Assembly (NCBI GenBank): GCA_965202585.1
Contig: OZ241830.1
Span: forward strand, 62,806,001 to 62,870,000
Length of the DNA: 64,000 nt
Source: Thalia democratica
Lineage: Eukaryota
Reading direction: 5' to 3'
Part shown: one piece after another, positions 43,101-56,025 of the stretch
How the letters are laid out: every line of letters starts with the position of its first letter
How positions within the stretch are numbered: the first letter of the stretch is position 1
The notes under the pieces: generated by a model
What the model saw: the letters and a program-made list of their open reading frames with translations, nothing else
What the model was told of the DNA's origin: nothing
Databases searched by the model: none
Made by a program: the position numbers and the translations under genes

Positions 43101-46100
43101 CCCCGTGCATCGCTGTTTTGGGCTCCGGGGGCGGCTACCGGGCTCTTTGTGGTTTTACTGGTGGCCTGAAAGCTTTGGAAGAGCTTGGAATTTTGGATTG
43201 TTCCATGTACTTGGCTGGATTGTCAGGATCTACTTGGTATCCCTACTTTCTTTAAGAACATTTTTTTAGCGAAATGAACAAAATAAATTTTGTATTTTGA
43301 TTAAATTTTCTAAAAGAAAACTCAATGTATTACTTTTGTTGCTTGATTAAAAACAAAAAAAAAATTATTAGTTGATTAAAAATTCACCAAAAGAGCAGTT
43401 ATTTAAACTTTTATGAGATCTTGTACAAACTTTATGGTGTAAATACTTTAGCTGCAAACTTTTTAAATTGCTGAAAGTTTAAAATATACATACATTCTAA
43501 TTTTAATTATTTATTTAAGGTGTTTATCATCGTTGTATACAAATTCATCATTTCCTGAATTTGGTGTTGATTCTGCCATTGAAGACATGAAAACTAGAAT
43601 CAGCAAAAGTTTCTACTCATTAGCGACACCCTACAACTTATACACAATAATGTTATTTTTTACTTAAATTAAAGAACAGTTTCATAATTAAAAAACACTA
43701 TTACTGTAGTCAGTTTTTTTAAATTAGTAATTTTATATTAGTTAAATTAGCTTATTCTAAATAAAAAACGCTAAAACTGATCTTATAAGATATAACTGAC
43801 AAATAATTTTGATAAATTATAAACAAAACATTAGCATAGTTCTTATTAAAACACCGAAATTTTGTGCATCGTTTTAAAGTTGCTCCAATATACTTATTAA
43901 TTTTTTTTTGTAAAAAAAAAAACTTGAGTACGGTAATAAATAAAAGTATAAATACTTTAGTATATCATGTAAAACAAAAAGAAATACTATCTATATAGAA
44001 AAAGAACAATGATAAAAGCCAAAAAGGGACAACCAGTCTCTTATACAGATATTTTTGCCTAAATGCTTGGGGAACATTTGCTTGGAGAAAAAGTTAGTCT
44101 TTTAATCTGTATCAACCTAATTAATGCCACATAATATTCTGCCTAAAGCACATAGCATTTTTGTAAAACTTAAAAAATATTTGTATAACGTTAAAGGTTT
44201 TGTTCCGTGTTTTAGTTTACTAAAACGTATAACAAAATATTAAATCTAAAAATTAGTTTACTAAATATTTCTTAAACTGAAATGAGTTGTAAACAGTTAG
44301 TTGCCTCGATCTTGTTTTATAAAACCTAACAAAAAAAAAGTCAGAAACAGCAAAACTTTCCGACTTTCATGAAAAGGTAGACAAGGGGCAAGCTCCATTA
44401 CCCATGATGTCTTCTATTTTGCTCAGATTAAATGAAGTATCTTCAGTGTACAACGGTAGGTAATAAAAAAAATATATATTTTGTAGAAGCTAAAGTATCA
44501 ATAAAATTACTGGAACACATTTTACCACTAAAACTTTATTAGTAGGTTAACATGTGTTTTTGCATTTGTTCGTCTAATAGTTATAAAATCTTTAAACAAC
44601 GTTTTAAAATTTACGAGTCTTTTATAAAAGAATAAAATTATCTAGACTGGTTTGAATTCACTCCATACGAAGTTGGAATATCAAAACACCAAACGTTTGC
44701 TCGCACCAAAGATTTCAACTGCCTATATTTTCTAGGAAATATTATAAAGAAATATGAAGAAGCACCACTACAATACCTCATGGTTTGTTGTAACATTTCA
44801 ACCATAACAATCTTAAATCGGTTCTACAAAATAACTCCTTATCTACTTACTTAACTTTTATATCTTGCAATTATTTTTTTTATTTTCAAAGCTTATTATA
44901 TAATGTTTTTGGTCATCTGCCGTTTTGAAATTTTTGTGGTATTATACAAATGTGTAGTAAACATTAGACAAAAAAACTACTTAACTGTGTTCTGTATTTC
45001 TATAAAGATATTAGGAAGATAAAATTGTGTTACAAGATTTCTATTTTTTGTTGTAAATATCCGTTTGTAAGTTTTTCTATGAAGTATACATATGTTTTAA
45101 AAATAGTATATTTTTAATGGTAATTTTTGACTTGTAATAGTAAGCTAAAAACATACTTAACAATTTATGAAAAAACCATATTTAGCGTTACATTTGCTTA
45201 ATTAAAACGTAGAGAATAAAAAAACAAATAGTTATGTACTTATACTTTTGATATAAAGGTTTTCCTTATTTTATCTTTGAGTTATATTATCAATCTACTA
45301 TGATAAATAATATTGCAAATTTGTTAAATAATAAGACCCATTTCGTAAAAATATACTTACTATGTTTTCGATCTTTAATTTTACACTATAATACTTAATT
45401 AAATTACAATAAGTTGTTTTTAAGTTAAAACAAAGTTCCATAACTATTAATAGATGAAACTTTAAAAAAGAAAACTTATATAAAAATTCACACTTAAGGT
45501 TTCTTTAACTTTTACTACATTTAAAAAAACAAATTTTTGAACCAGAACTTAGAAATAGAAATAGTTTTTCGAAGTAAATAAAATAATTTTAGGCTGTTTG
45601 GGGTAGCGCTTATGCAATAGACCTGAAAAGACAACTGTCCTTATACTGCGGGTATGAAAATAACGATATCGAATGCTTAGACGTCAAAAACCCAACAACT
45701 GGCGAGAATAACACAAGTGCTAAAACTTTGCATTTGATTTGTAAAGCAAAAGTCATAGTTGATCTTCTTGTATTTTTTGTCACGGAGTATTTCAAATACA
45801 AAGCTTTGTAATCAATAAACATACTCTAATTTTTGTTATCGTTTTAAGAACACAATTTCACAACCATCAAGTTTTAGTGTTTAAAAGAAAGGTTTCTGCT
45901 TGAGATGTTTTTTATGCTAACTAGTAATTTACACAGGTAGCAATAAACGAAACGATTCTACTAAAAATGTACTAGGAGGTCAGAATGAGCTAGAACAAAA
46001 GTAATTTTATAGTTTATTTTAACTATAGTTTAAAATAGATACTTGACACTTGTATATTTGTTTTTTAAGTTTTATTAAAATGCATGAAGTATTTCTACAC

Positions 46101-49100
46101 AAGTTAACTAATAACGTTTTTTTATTTTATATTCAATTTTTTTATTACAAACTTTTATAATTATTTGTGTTAACATCAAGTAAAACTTTTGATTTGGTCT
46201 AAATTTTTTCCTACTAAAACCTGGTTTTAAATAAAATAATTAATAAGCACTTTTGTTGATAATCAAAAGCTTATAATAAGTATTTATTTACATAATGAAA
46301 CTATTATTACGATTCATTCTTATCCTCCAATAAAACTTCTTGTACATGCTCTAAATTTGAACAAAAAAGTTTTTTTTTTGTTTAATGACCAACAACAAAA
46401 AAAAAATTGTTATTATTTTTTAAGTATAATTTAGTTTTTTTTTTTTCCAAAATTACATCTTTTTAAACTAGATTACTGAAGATCAAGACAAAACTGCATA
46501 AGTTTTATTACAAAAAAAAAACAGTAAATTTCTTTCTTTATACGTTATTGCATGATAATAGTGATTTCAAAGTAATATAATAAAAAATAAATGTAATATT
46601 TCCAGAGAAACTTTTTCGAAGTACATATGCCAAGCCTGTAACACAGATAACGAAAAGAACGAAGAAGGAAAAGAAGACTCAACTATATTAGATGATTTGA
46701 TAAACTTTCTGCTGAAAATTGACTTTTTCAAAGTATTTTTTTATTTTTGTTTGTTAAACATTTTACTAACTTTTACCAAATAATATTTTTAAATGATTAC
46801 AATGACTGTGTTTAGTAAAATATTTTTTTAATTATAAATAAATACAAATTTTACTTATAGTCTGTTACAAATTATTAATAGTATATATACTTATAAAGCT
46901 TTTTATTTATTATCTCAGATAAAACCTACAAGACATAAGAAAGCTAGTTATAATCTGATATTTTATCTTTAGTATTAATTTTTCTTACAAGTAATGTATA
47001 AAGATTGTTCTTAAAGCATTTTTGCTGGTTTATAGCGACGTTCAAAGTTTAAATGACATTTGTATAAAACATGAGAACTTTTACACACTATTAACTAGTT
47101 TGTTTTTGTTAGTAAAAAATAAATATCGATTTTCTTTCAAATGTTTTTAAAGTATATTCTGTTTAAATTAAGATTAATGAAAAAGTTAAAAGTTTTCAAA
47201 ATTACAATCTGTTGCGTTTCAAAAGTTTTAACTATGTTATAATACTGTTTTTGTGTTATAGTTTTCTGCGTCTAGCGCTTAAATTCAACTTCAGCCACTG
47301 ATTTTACAAGATTCTGCTAATACATTTATAATGAAAAATAAAATATGTATTAGTTGTGAATTAAAATAAACTTTATGTAAATTGAAAAAAATTAAACACT
47401 TGAAGTTTTTTTTAATGTAAAAGATGTTGCAACCGTAGAAAATGTATGTAATTAAGTAACTAACTATAGTTTTTTTTAGAACATGAGCCAAAAACTTGGA
47501 GGATTTGTATTTAATTTTTTCAGAGGTCTGGATGTTTTGATGAACGAAAGCTCTTTTCATAAAAAAGAAAATTTGGAAGGTTTTTTAATTGCATATTACT
47601 AAAATAAGCATTAGTTATTGGATAGAATAGTTCGAACAAATAAAGGCTTAGTACAAGTATACAAAGTTTTTGTGTTTTTTAATAAAAGTTATTATAATGA
47701 GAAAGATTGAGCAAACTAAAATGCTTATGAAAATTAAAAGAAAAAAAGTGGTATATTAAATATATTTTCAAAATCTTGATATATTTTTTATGTTAGAAAT
47801 ATAAAGCTTGATACTTCAACACTTTTGATTGTAACAAGAACTATTAAATAATAAAAACATTATCATTTTAAATTAAAAACATATTTTTTAATTCTTAAAA
47901 TAGGTCGTTCTATTGACCGTTGATTTTATTAAGTAAATCAAAAATAAAATAAGTAATTAAAAATAAAACAAATATTCCGAAAAAAAGATTGAAATTAAAC
48001 TTTATAGATTAAAAATTAAAACTAAAACAGACGTAGATGTGGAGAAAGAAAAGTTTTGTGAAAGTGTACTAAAGGATGAAGAAAAAATTTATCTATGTGA
48101 TGCTGCACTTGCATTTAACTCACCTTATCCAGTTATTTTGAGACCGGAACGAAATTGTGACGTAATAATATCTTACGACTTTAGCGCGAGAGATGAAGAA
48201 GACACGATGCCTTTTAAGGTTTACTGGTGTATTTATGTCTTATAGTAGTTTTTATAAAAGCATTTAGGATAACTACACTATACAGTTGTTTACAGAATGT
48301 TTGTTAAAAGTTAAATAAATAAAGAATATGTTGTAAAACTATGCATTTAGATTTGTTCATTTAAATTGCACTTAACGTTTTTTAGTTTTTGTTTTTATTT
48401 TTCACTCATACATTAAGCTTTTACTTACTTTTTTTTTCTTTATGAAATTGTTCGGTTTTCAGAGCTACCTAAATTTTATTCAAAATTAAGTTTTTGATTA
48501 AAAATCAAATTTCAGAACCTCCTACTTGCGGAAAAGTGGGCACAGTTGAATGGCATACCGTTCCCTCGAATTGATGCTTCTGTATACGACAGAGAAGGAC
48601 TAAAAGAAATGTATGTTTTCAAAGACACTGACCCCAAATGCCCTGTTGTCATTCATTTTTGCTTGTGCAATGTCATGTTCAGAAAGTTCAGTAAACCAGG
48701 TACAGTGATCTAAAATAAAAGTGTTAAGGATAGAAAATAAAAACTATAGCACTAACTTGGTCACTGCAATGACTTTTTAATGCGTTTGCTTTATGAAAAG
48801 TTTGATTTTCTAGTATATTACAACAGTTGGTAAATTTTAAAAACAACTCCACTTATATTACATGTATTTCGAAGTCAGGATTTAAGTTCTTTCTAGTAAA
48901 AACCGTATGTAGTGTTTAAAAGGTATTTTAGTTTTTTACTAGTTTTAAATTTTTTAGAGAAATATGTACTAATTTTCAGGAGTAATGAGGGATCCAGAAG
49001 ATAAGGAAGGAAATTTTGATATATTTCCAAAAAATTCACCATACGCTACATTCGACTTGCAATATAAAACAGAAGAATTTGAAAAATTGCATAAACTTGT

Positions 49101-49629
49101 TAAATTTAACACTGAAATTAACAAACAAGTTAGTTTTTGTTAGACCTTTTTATTTTAAATGTACTATTGTTTGTTTTGATGTTCACATTTATTAAGAAAA
49201 TCTTTATTAGTAGACAATTTTTATTATTTTCAGTTTAATAGATAACTTTAGACTTAAATCATTTATATCGCTTATAATTAATATGTAAAGACAAGTTTTA
49301 AATTAGATTAACAACACAAAAACCATTAATTTAAACTTTGAGTCTAGAACAAAACTTCTATTGTTTTCAATGTTTATAGTTACAAATATTCTTATTTTCT
49401 AGGAAAGTATTTTTAAAGTGCATAAAAAGTATATAATGAAAGTTATTAGTTTAACTCTATGTTGTTTTATAAAAAGCTTAACATAAAACTAGCAATAAAA
49501 AAACTTTGTGAGAGGTAATAAAATAATTTTAAAATAAATCTTATGTTTAGTAAGAATAATAATTTGTTCAATATCATACAGAAAATACTTGATATTCTTG
49601 CGGAATGCGTTAAATCGCGAAGAAGCTAA
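40105..49629 (+). pseudogene. Cytosolic phospholipase A2 (group IV, PLA2G4-like; C2 plus lysophospholipase catalytic domain), copy 1, 19 exons, with one in-frame TAA at 44060-44062 (null allele, young pseudogene or base error)
   Basis: Exons 40105-40138, 40454-40476, 40966-41044, 42054-42208 (DTPDPYV), 42420-42533 (ILDSDWFVDDEIG), 42634-42671, 42964-43236 (GSGGGYR...GLSGSTW), 43520-43651, 43999-44092 (GQPVSYTDIFA*MLGE), 44341-44455, 44646-44782 (DWFEFTPYEVG), 45593 to about 45716/45739 (VWGSA; donor uncertain), 45937-46000, 46606-46732, 47480-47579, 48031-48218 (YLCDAALAFNSPYP..LRPER), 48516-48699 (LLAEKWA), 48980-49128, 49582-49629 (TAA). Motif order matches human cPLA2-alpha. Confidence 0.9.
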
Positions 49630-52600
49630 GTTCTGCAAAAAACCACTTCAAATGAGTATATATCAGAACAAGATTTTTTTTTCTAAAAATTATGCTTTAC
49701 TTTAATGAAATTTTATCCTGAGATTCAGAAAAGTTAAAATATGTCGTAATTTTGAAAAAATTATACTTAAAATAGTTATTTTGTAACTTTTACATTGACA
49801 CCTCAAAAAAAAAAAAAAGAAATCTGAAAATTAATTTGCTTTAGTTGTTTTAATGTTGACTTTTTTTTAATTTAAGACTTGGAAAATTCCAAGTAAATTA
49901 ATTTTGAAAATTCGAAAAAAAATATAATTAAATTATGTAAACTGTTTATACAATTCTTGCTTAAAACTAAAGGCTTAAACTTTTTTACCTAAAACGCTAC
50001 TTCAATTGTAATATATTTTTGTAACAAAACTTTTTTACAGTTTTTTTATTTAATAACGGTATCATAAAAATACAATAGTTAACATCAATTTAAAGTTGAT
50101 AAAAGTACACATAAGTCTGTAAATATGTATGTGTATTGTATAAAAATAAATTAAAATATACAAAGTTTCTTGTCACAATTTGTATTTTTCAAGTTTATTT
50201 AATCTTGTCTTTGAACAAGTTTATTTAGCCTAAATTCGGTTTATCAATCTAGATTGATATAAAACAAACTTTATATAAATTCATCAGATTAGTATAAATT
50301 TTATTCAACTGTATTAATGTAATAACAAGGAATTAAAACACAAACGCTTTAAAATATAAAATATTTTATTAGAGGTAAAAAAAAAAACTAAGTTATCTAG
50401 TTGGTCAAGAAAAAATTCATTTTATAATTATGTTTTATACAATAAGTTTACTTTTTAAACTAACATAATGATTTTTTTTGATAAATAATGATACGAAAGG
50501 CAAAAAAGCGCGTCACTTTACTTTACGTTTTCAGATTTACAATTTGTAAAATTTTTATTGATGATTTAATTCTTAACGAGATAAAGTATTTTCAAGTATA
50601 CTTCTAAAGAATATTAATTTAGAGAGCTACTAGTAAGTAAAAAGTAAAAAAATAATTAGATTAGTAATATTATAATGTTTTACGTACTATACTTTGAAAA
50701 TAACCAAACGTTTAAGCTTTTTATTTATTTTATATACAAGTATAACATAACTACCTACTACCACTGTTTCAAAAATACGAATAAATAAAGGTCTTTTAGT
50801 AGTACACTTTCAATGTATGTGAGAGGTATAGTAAGTTAAGATATTTTGTAGGAAGTATATCTCGAAAATCCTTGTGCTTCAAGGAAATCCAAATCTACTT
50901 ACTAACATATATTAATTTGTTAAATATATTTAAACAAATTTATTTCAAATTTATATTAATTTTTTGAGATATGCTACAAAAACTAAAAAATCCAAAAACT
51001 GCCAATATCCCTTAAAATTAGTTAGTTTCTATAAAATGTTATTTAACTGACCAATAAAGTATTAAACGTAAAAAAAAATTGAGAATATTAATAAGAAAAC
51101 ATTTATTGTATATTTTATAAATGCAACGTAGACTCAAAAAAGCCATAATGTCCCACTTTTTCTATGAGCTCTAGCACCAACCAACCTGTTTATAAAAACA
51201 ACATAAATTGTTATAATTCAATAATAAGCAATAAAATGCTTTATAAAACATGCTCTACTAACAAGTAACAAAGGTTCAGTTATGTTTTGAACTAGTTAAG
51301 TTAAGAAGAAAATTACAAACTTTCTTTAATTTAGAGTGATTAAATTTTGAACAACTGGCTCAATTCAATGTGACTGTAATGGCCGACGGCAGTCGGCGTT
51401 TTTCATTCGATCTCTTCTCTCAAATTTTTTTTATGTTTATAAACACTTAATAATCACTTAATTCGCTTAAGTGTGGTTGTTCTTGTTCACGAGCATCCCT
51501 GCACGTTTTAGCAGTTTGTTGCAGTACTAATCGTTATTTGAGCACAATGATGTATGCTTTATATTAGACCTTTGAGCCGTGATGTTATTTGTGGTACTTT
51601 ATTTAGTTAAAGTTTGTGATATTAGTTTTGTATTATACTTGTCAGTTTTTAATCGTCATTGTTATTCGCACTTCATTTCAGTTTAAATAATAGTTTAAGT
51701 CCAGTAAACCCTTAGCAAACCTATTAGATTAAATAACGAAGTTAGCTCAAGGACTAACTTAGCATTATATATAAGAGCGTTATTGTCAGTTAACCACAAG
51801 GCCCGTGTTATACATATAAGTAACCAAGCACATACCCTCGTTAGTTTTATGACGCTTATTTTTCAGATTATTACTATTACTTATCTCTTTCTAAAACAAT
51901 TAGCAATGTGTGCAATTTTATTTTGCTTATCACTTTATGTATTTGTTCTGCTAGCAATGTATAGCTGAGTTGCAACTCCATACTTAACTTATTTATTTAA
52001 TACGGTTATCAATTTTGTAACCTTTAGTAGATTGAAATCTAATGAGCAAGGGGAATTCAGGTAATACTAGTAAGATAGTTCCAGGTTTTAAACAGGTTTT
52101 CACGCCTTACCTTTAACGTTCGGCTGCAAAGCGAAAAACAGGAAGGTCTGATAACACCACACCCATAGGTAGCAATTGTAACGAGCAAACCCCTCTAATA
52201 AGTAACTGTTGTACGGTACTACAGTCCCCTAAAAACTACAATAGGTGTACCCCTTACTACATATAAATATAAAAACAAACGTGTAGAAAACATAGTAATT
52301 GTAAAACTAAACTAAGGTTATTTAAAAATAACAAAGATAAACATATTTATAAATTTTATTTTATTTATTGTGCTTTATGAAGAAAACGTACTTATTCAAA
52401 TTAGTTTTAACAGAGAAACACCGTTAGTTTTAATGTTACTTATAACGTATTTTGCAATAATTCCTACTTTATATACAATCTAATTATTTCTTTATGAAAT
52501 TTAACTACAAAATATCACTAATGACTACTATTTTACAGTTTTATATCTACCATCGAAATTATAAAGTGTTTAATTTAAGCAAAAATTGTTTTTTTGTACT

Positions 52601-53304
52601 TTATACACTCGCGCTTTTTTTTTTGTAAGCAAGATGTTTTTTATTTATATTTCTGATATTAAAAACATATGTATTAAAAAAGGAAGAATAAAAATGTACT
52701 TTGCAATAAAAAACATCGTGTTCTGTTTAAAATTTAGCATCTTTGAGTTTTAACCAATCATAACTTAGTGCAGAGTTAAAAAATAATAATACTACATGTT
52801 AAAATTGTATTTTAAATCTGCTACAATTTATTCAATTGACTTACAACAACCCTAGTATGCTTTTAATATCAACAGTTAATGGTTTAAAAACGAAGCTTAT
52901 AAATCTTGCAAGTATATTTTACAGTTTATACATCAGTTAAAAAAAAATTGTTAGTTGCATACTTTTTTAACTTATACGTCTCTAAAACTTCAAATTACCA
53001 GTTTAGTTGCATGTTACAAAGTACAGTTCATTTGTAAAGACGACTTTTGTTTTGTATGTACTACAGTTGTAAAAATTATAGTTTGTTGCAAAAGTCTTTT
53101 GCTTGAAACAACCGAAGTACAATTCAATTAATATTTTTGCACTCTTAGGCTGTTTTATTTGTAATTTGTTATAAAGTTTTTTTTAGAGATTTAGAATAAA
53201 TAATTACGTCATAATAAAAATATTTCAGTAAAACTAAATCTTTTATAAAGTACTGTAATCAATTTTGACTTGAATGATAATGTGTCAACACTAAAAACTA
53301 AAAA

Positions 53305-56025
53305 ATGAGACTGTTTACATTATCAAGGAGGTGCATAGTAATGTTTTTAATCATATTTATGTCTTTTACATGGATGGTTGAAAGCACTGAGCTTCAGCTT
53401 TTGGAAACCAAAGAACCTGCACCTTACCAAGTAATTTTGTTGGCCAACGACAAAATAAACGAGCAAGGAAAGCTTGTATGGGACTTTGCGGCAACAGGAG
53501 TTATTTTAAACGAGCAATGGGTTTTGACTACTATGGGCTTTAATAGATTAAGAGACTATTATGCAAAAAATTTAACTAAAACCACAGTCATTGCCGGTGA
53601 TACAAATTTTTTAGAAAACGTAGAAGATACTTCGAGCAGATACAGGCAGACGTTATTGGCTTGCGATATTAAAGTAGTTAAGAAATTCATGTTGCTTAAA
53701 GTCAACGGCAAGTTTCATATAGACGGTAAAAACATCCAGAGAGTCCAGTTGCCAAAGACCTACGTGAGTGGAGCACATACTTTGGAGAACGGTTTTCCGT
53801 CGAAATCTGACAAGTGCCAGGTGTGGGGATGGAAGAAAGGTTCAATGGAACCAATCGGAGAAGTCCAGAATGTCGGTAAAGTTAAGATAACTGAACTTGA
53901 ATTTATGAACTCGAACCAGTATATAGGAGTTAAACGTTCGTTAACTACCATGAGAAAAATTATGAAGTCATTCCAAAACAACCGATGCCATGCTGGAGAA
54001 TGCACCGAGATGAAAATTGTTGGTATGCCCCTAATGTGCAGGCGCCAAGATGACAAGCCTTGGATACTAATGGGTGTAGGAGACTGGGATCCGAACTGGC
54101 AGTGGACGGACGTAAACCATGCCTTTGTCAGGGTTTCCACCTATATTTACGAGTTGCGACAACAGATGCAGGCATCAACTCCGGATCTCTATTTGTACCA
54201 AGGAGTTGAAGGGCAGCCGTCGAAGTTTGCCTTCCAAGCAATAGTGAAGGTGACGCACCAAGGAAGCGAGCAAAAGTATGTGCACCAGTGCCAGGGAGCG
54301 ATCGTTTCCCACAACAAAGTGCTGACGGCGGCGAGCTGCTTCGACAACAACCTTCAGGGCCAAAGTGTGACTCAGGTCACGGTCGTAGTGGGAGTGACGG
54401 ACTTAAGAATTGGGGGGACCGAAATAATCGCTCGCAGTTGGTGGCAGTATGACGAAACAGATTTGGAGGGTGGATCAAGGCCACAACAGCAGGAAAAATA
54501 CGACCAGTATGACGACTTTGATTTTTACAACATCGGCATCATCGAGTTGAGTAAAGATCTCACCTTTGACGACAACGTCAAAACAGTCAACTTGGCCAGG
54601 ACAACCGAAGGTTTGGAGGGATGCACCGTATCGAGTTGGGAAAAAAAAGGTCTTAGCTACTACCCCATGATCAGGTACGATATATTATTTTTGTATAACT
54701 AGTAAATTGGTAAATTTTTAGGAGAATTTTCAAGTTGTTTAAACTCTTTTTCCATGCTTAAAGATTAAATAAAAGAAGTTTAATGTATTTTTGTTAACAT
54801 TGCACTTGTTTTTAAGAAGTCAAATTGATAAACTAAAGTTTATAAATGATCTACTAGACCAGTTTTTTTATTATTTGATACATTTTTTTCTACTTCTTTA
54901 ATAAAATACAATAGTTTTCAAAAAAAAAAAAACTTTAGATATTTTATCTAACATATTCTAACTGCAAAACAACTTTTGCCCTGTAGGGATCTTCAGTTTA
55001 AGATTGATTTAATCTGTCAATCTAAATTAAGCAAATAGTTGGAACATAATATAAAACTAAAAAAAAGTTAAAAGTAGTTTTATTTTACTGTTTGTAATTA
55101 ATAAAAATTTATTTAAATTTTGTGTTTTATACTTTTTTAAAGTACTTAATAATGCGACAACAATAACTGCAATTTAGTTTAATTTAAGTTTAAACTATAT
55201 TCAACACTTAATAAAAATTTTAATACTTCATAAAAACGAACTTAAATAAATTTTGGTTTGTTTTAATGTGTAAAGTTAAGAACTTTTAGCCTCTTGTTTT
55301 GTTTTTGGTATTAAATATTTTCCACCTACAGGGCGAAAAAGGTGTTTTGTAACTAAAGTCTGACAAATATAATCTTGGTAACTCTTTTATCTAAGAGTAA
55401 GAGTTTGTTCTGTTATAAGTGGACTTTCACTTAAACTAGAGTATTATTGTGTTTATAGTTGTTTTTAGTTGATTGTTAGTTAATTCAAATGCGACTTTGT
55501 TTTAATACAGCTGTTTTTCACCACGATATTGAACACTCGTAAGGCAAAAATTACTTTTGTTTAGTTTGTATGACTTAATAACATATGTTATAGTTATAAA
55601 AATAGTTAGCATTAAAAATCCTTCTAATTGGCACACTTAAGTTAACTTAACTATTTTGTAGATCTATAACTTGTTTACCGTTTAAAAGTCACATAACCGA
55701 CAAACCTTTTTTCAGGTACCGACACGTGTCGGTGTTGGAGTCGAAGAGGTGCAACTCGCCCATGCTGAAGCCGAACGTGCTGGAGAAGTTCTTCGACGAG
55801 CACCTGTGTGTGAAGGAACGGGAGGAAGGCCAGTACCCCAGCATAGAGGAGGGAGCGCCCATGACCTGTTACGTCAACGGTAGAGTTTACTTGGTGGGAA
55901 TTGCCAGTTTCGCGGCGAACTTCGGCGAACTTTCGCTGGAACGGTTCGGAGGCGAGCAGGGACCGAAAATATTCACCAGCATCCCCGCGCACGTTCGGTG
56001 GATCGACGCAAAGGTGCAGGCGTAA
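53305..56025 (+). CDS. Secreted tandem serine-protease homologue: two trypsin-fold domains, both lacking the catalytic triad (~559 aa, 2 exons)
   Basis: Exon 1 53305-54674 (hydrophobic N-terminus; domain 1 GVILNEQWVLTTMGF...CQVWGW...GMPLMC...WILMGVG; domain 2 CQGAIVSHNKVLTAASC...YNIGIIEL...CTVSSW). Phase-2 intron 54675-55715. Exon 2 55716-56025 (HLCVK...SIEEGAPMTC...YLVGIASF...IFTSIPAHVRWI, TAA). Confidence 0.9.

Noticed and set aside
44060-44062. Stop-codon reassignment (TAA as sense) as the explanation of the cPLA2-1 stop
   Set aside because: Only one convincing in-frame TAA occurs among roughly 60 reconstructed exons, and TAA is the genuine terminator of three genes (49627, 56023, 58444).
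19987-55992. Long antisense ORFs 19987-20418, 21338-21589, 53760-54140, 54175-54363 and 55675-55992
   Set aside because: They overlap real exons on the opposite strand and are explained by GC-rich codon usage; no motifs recognised.
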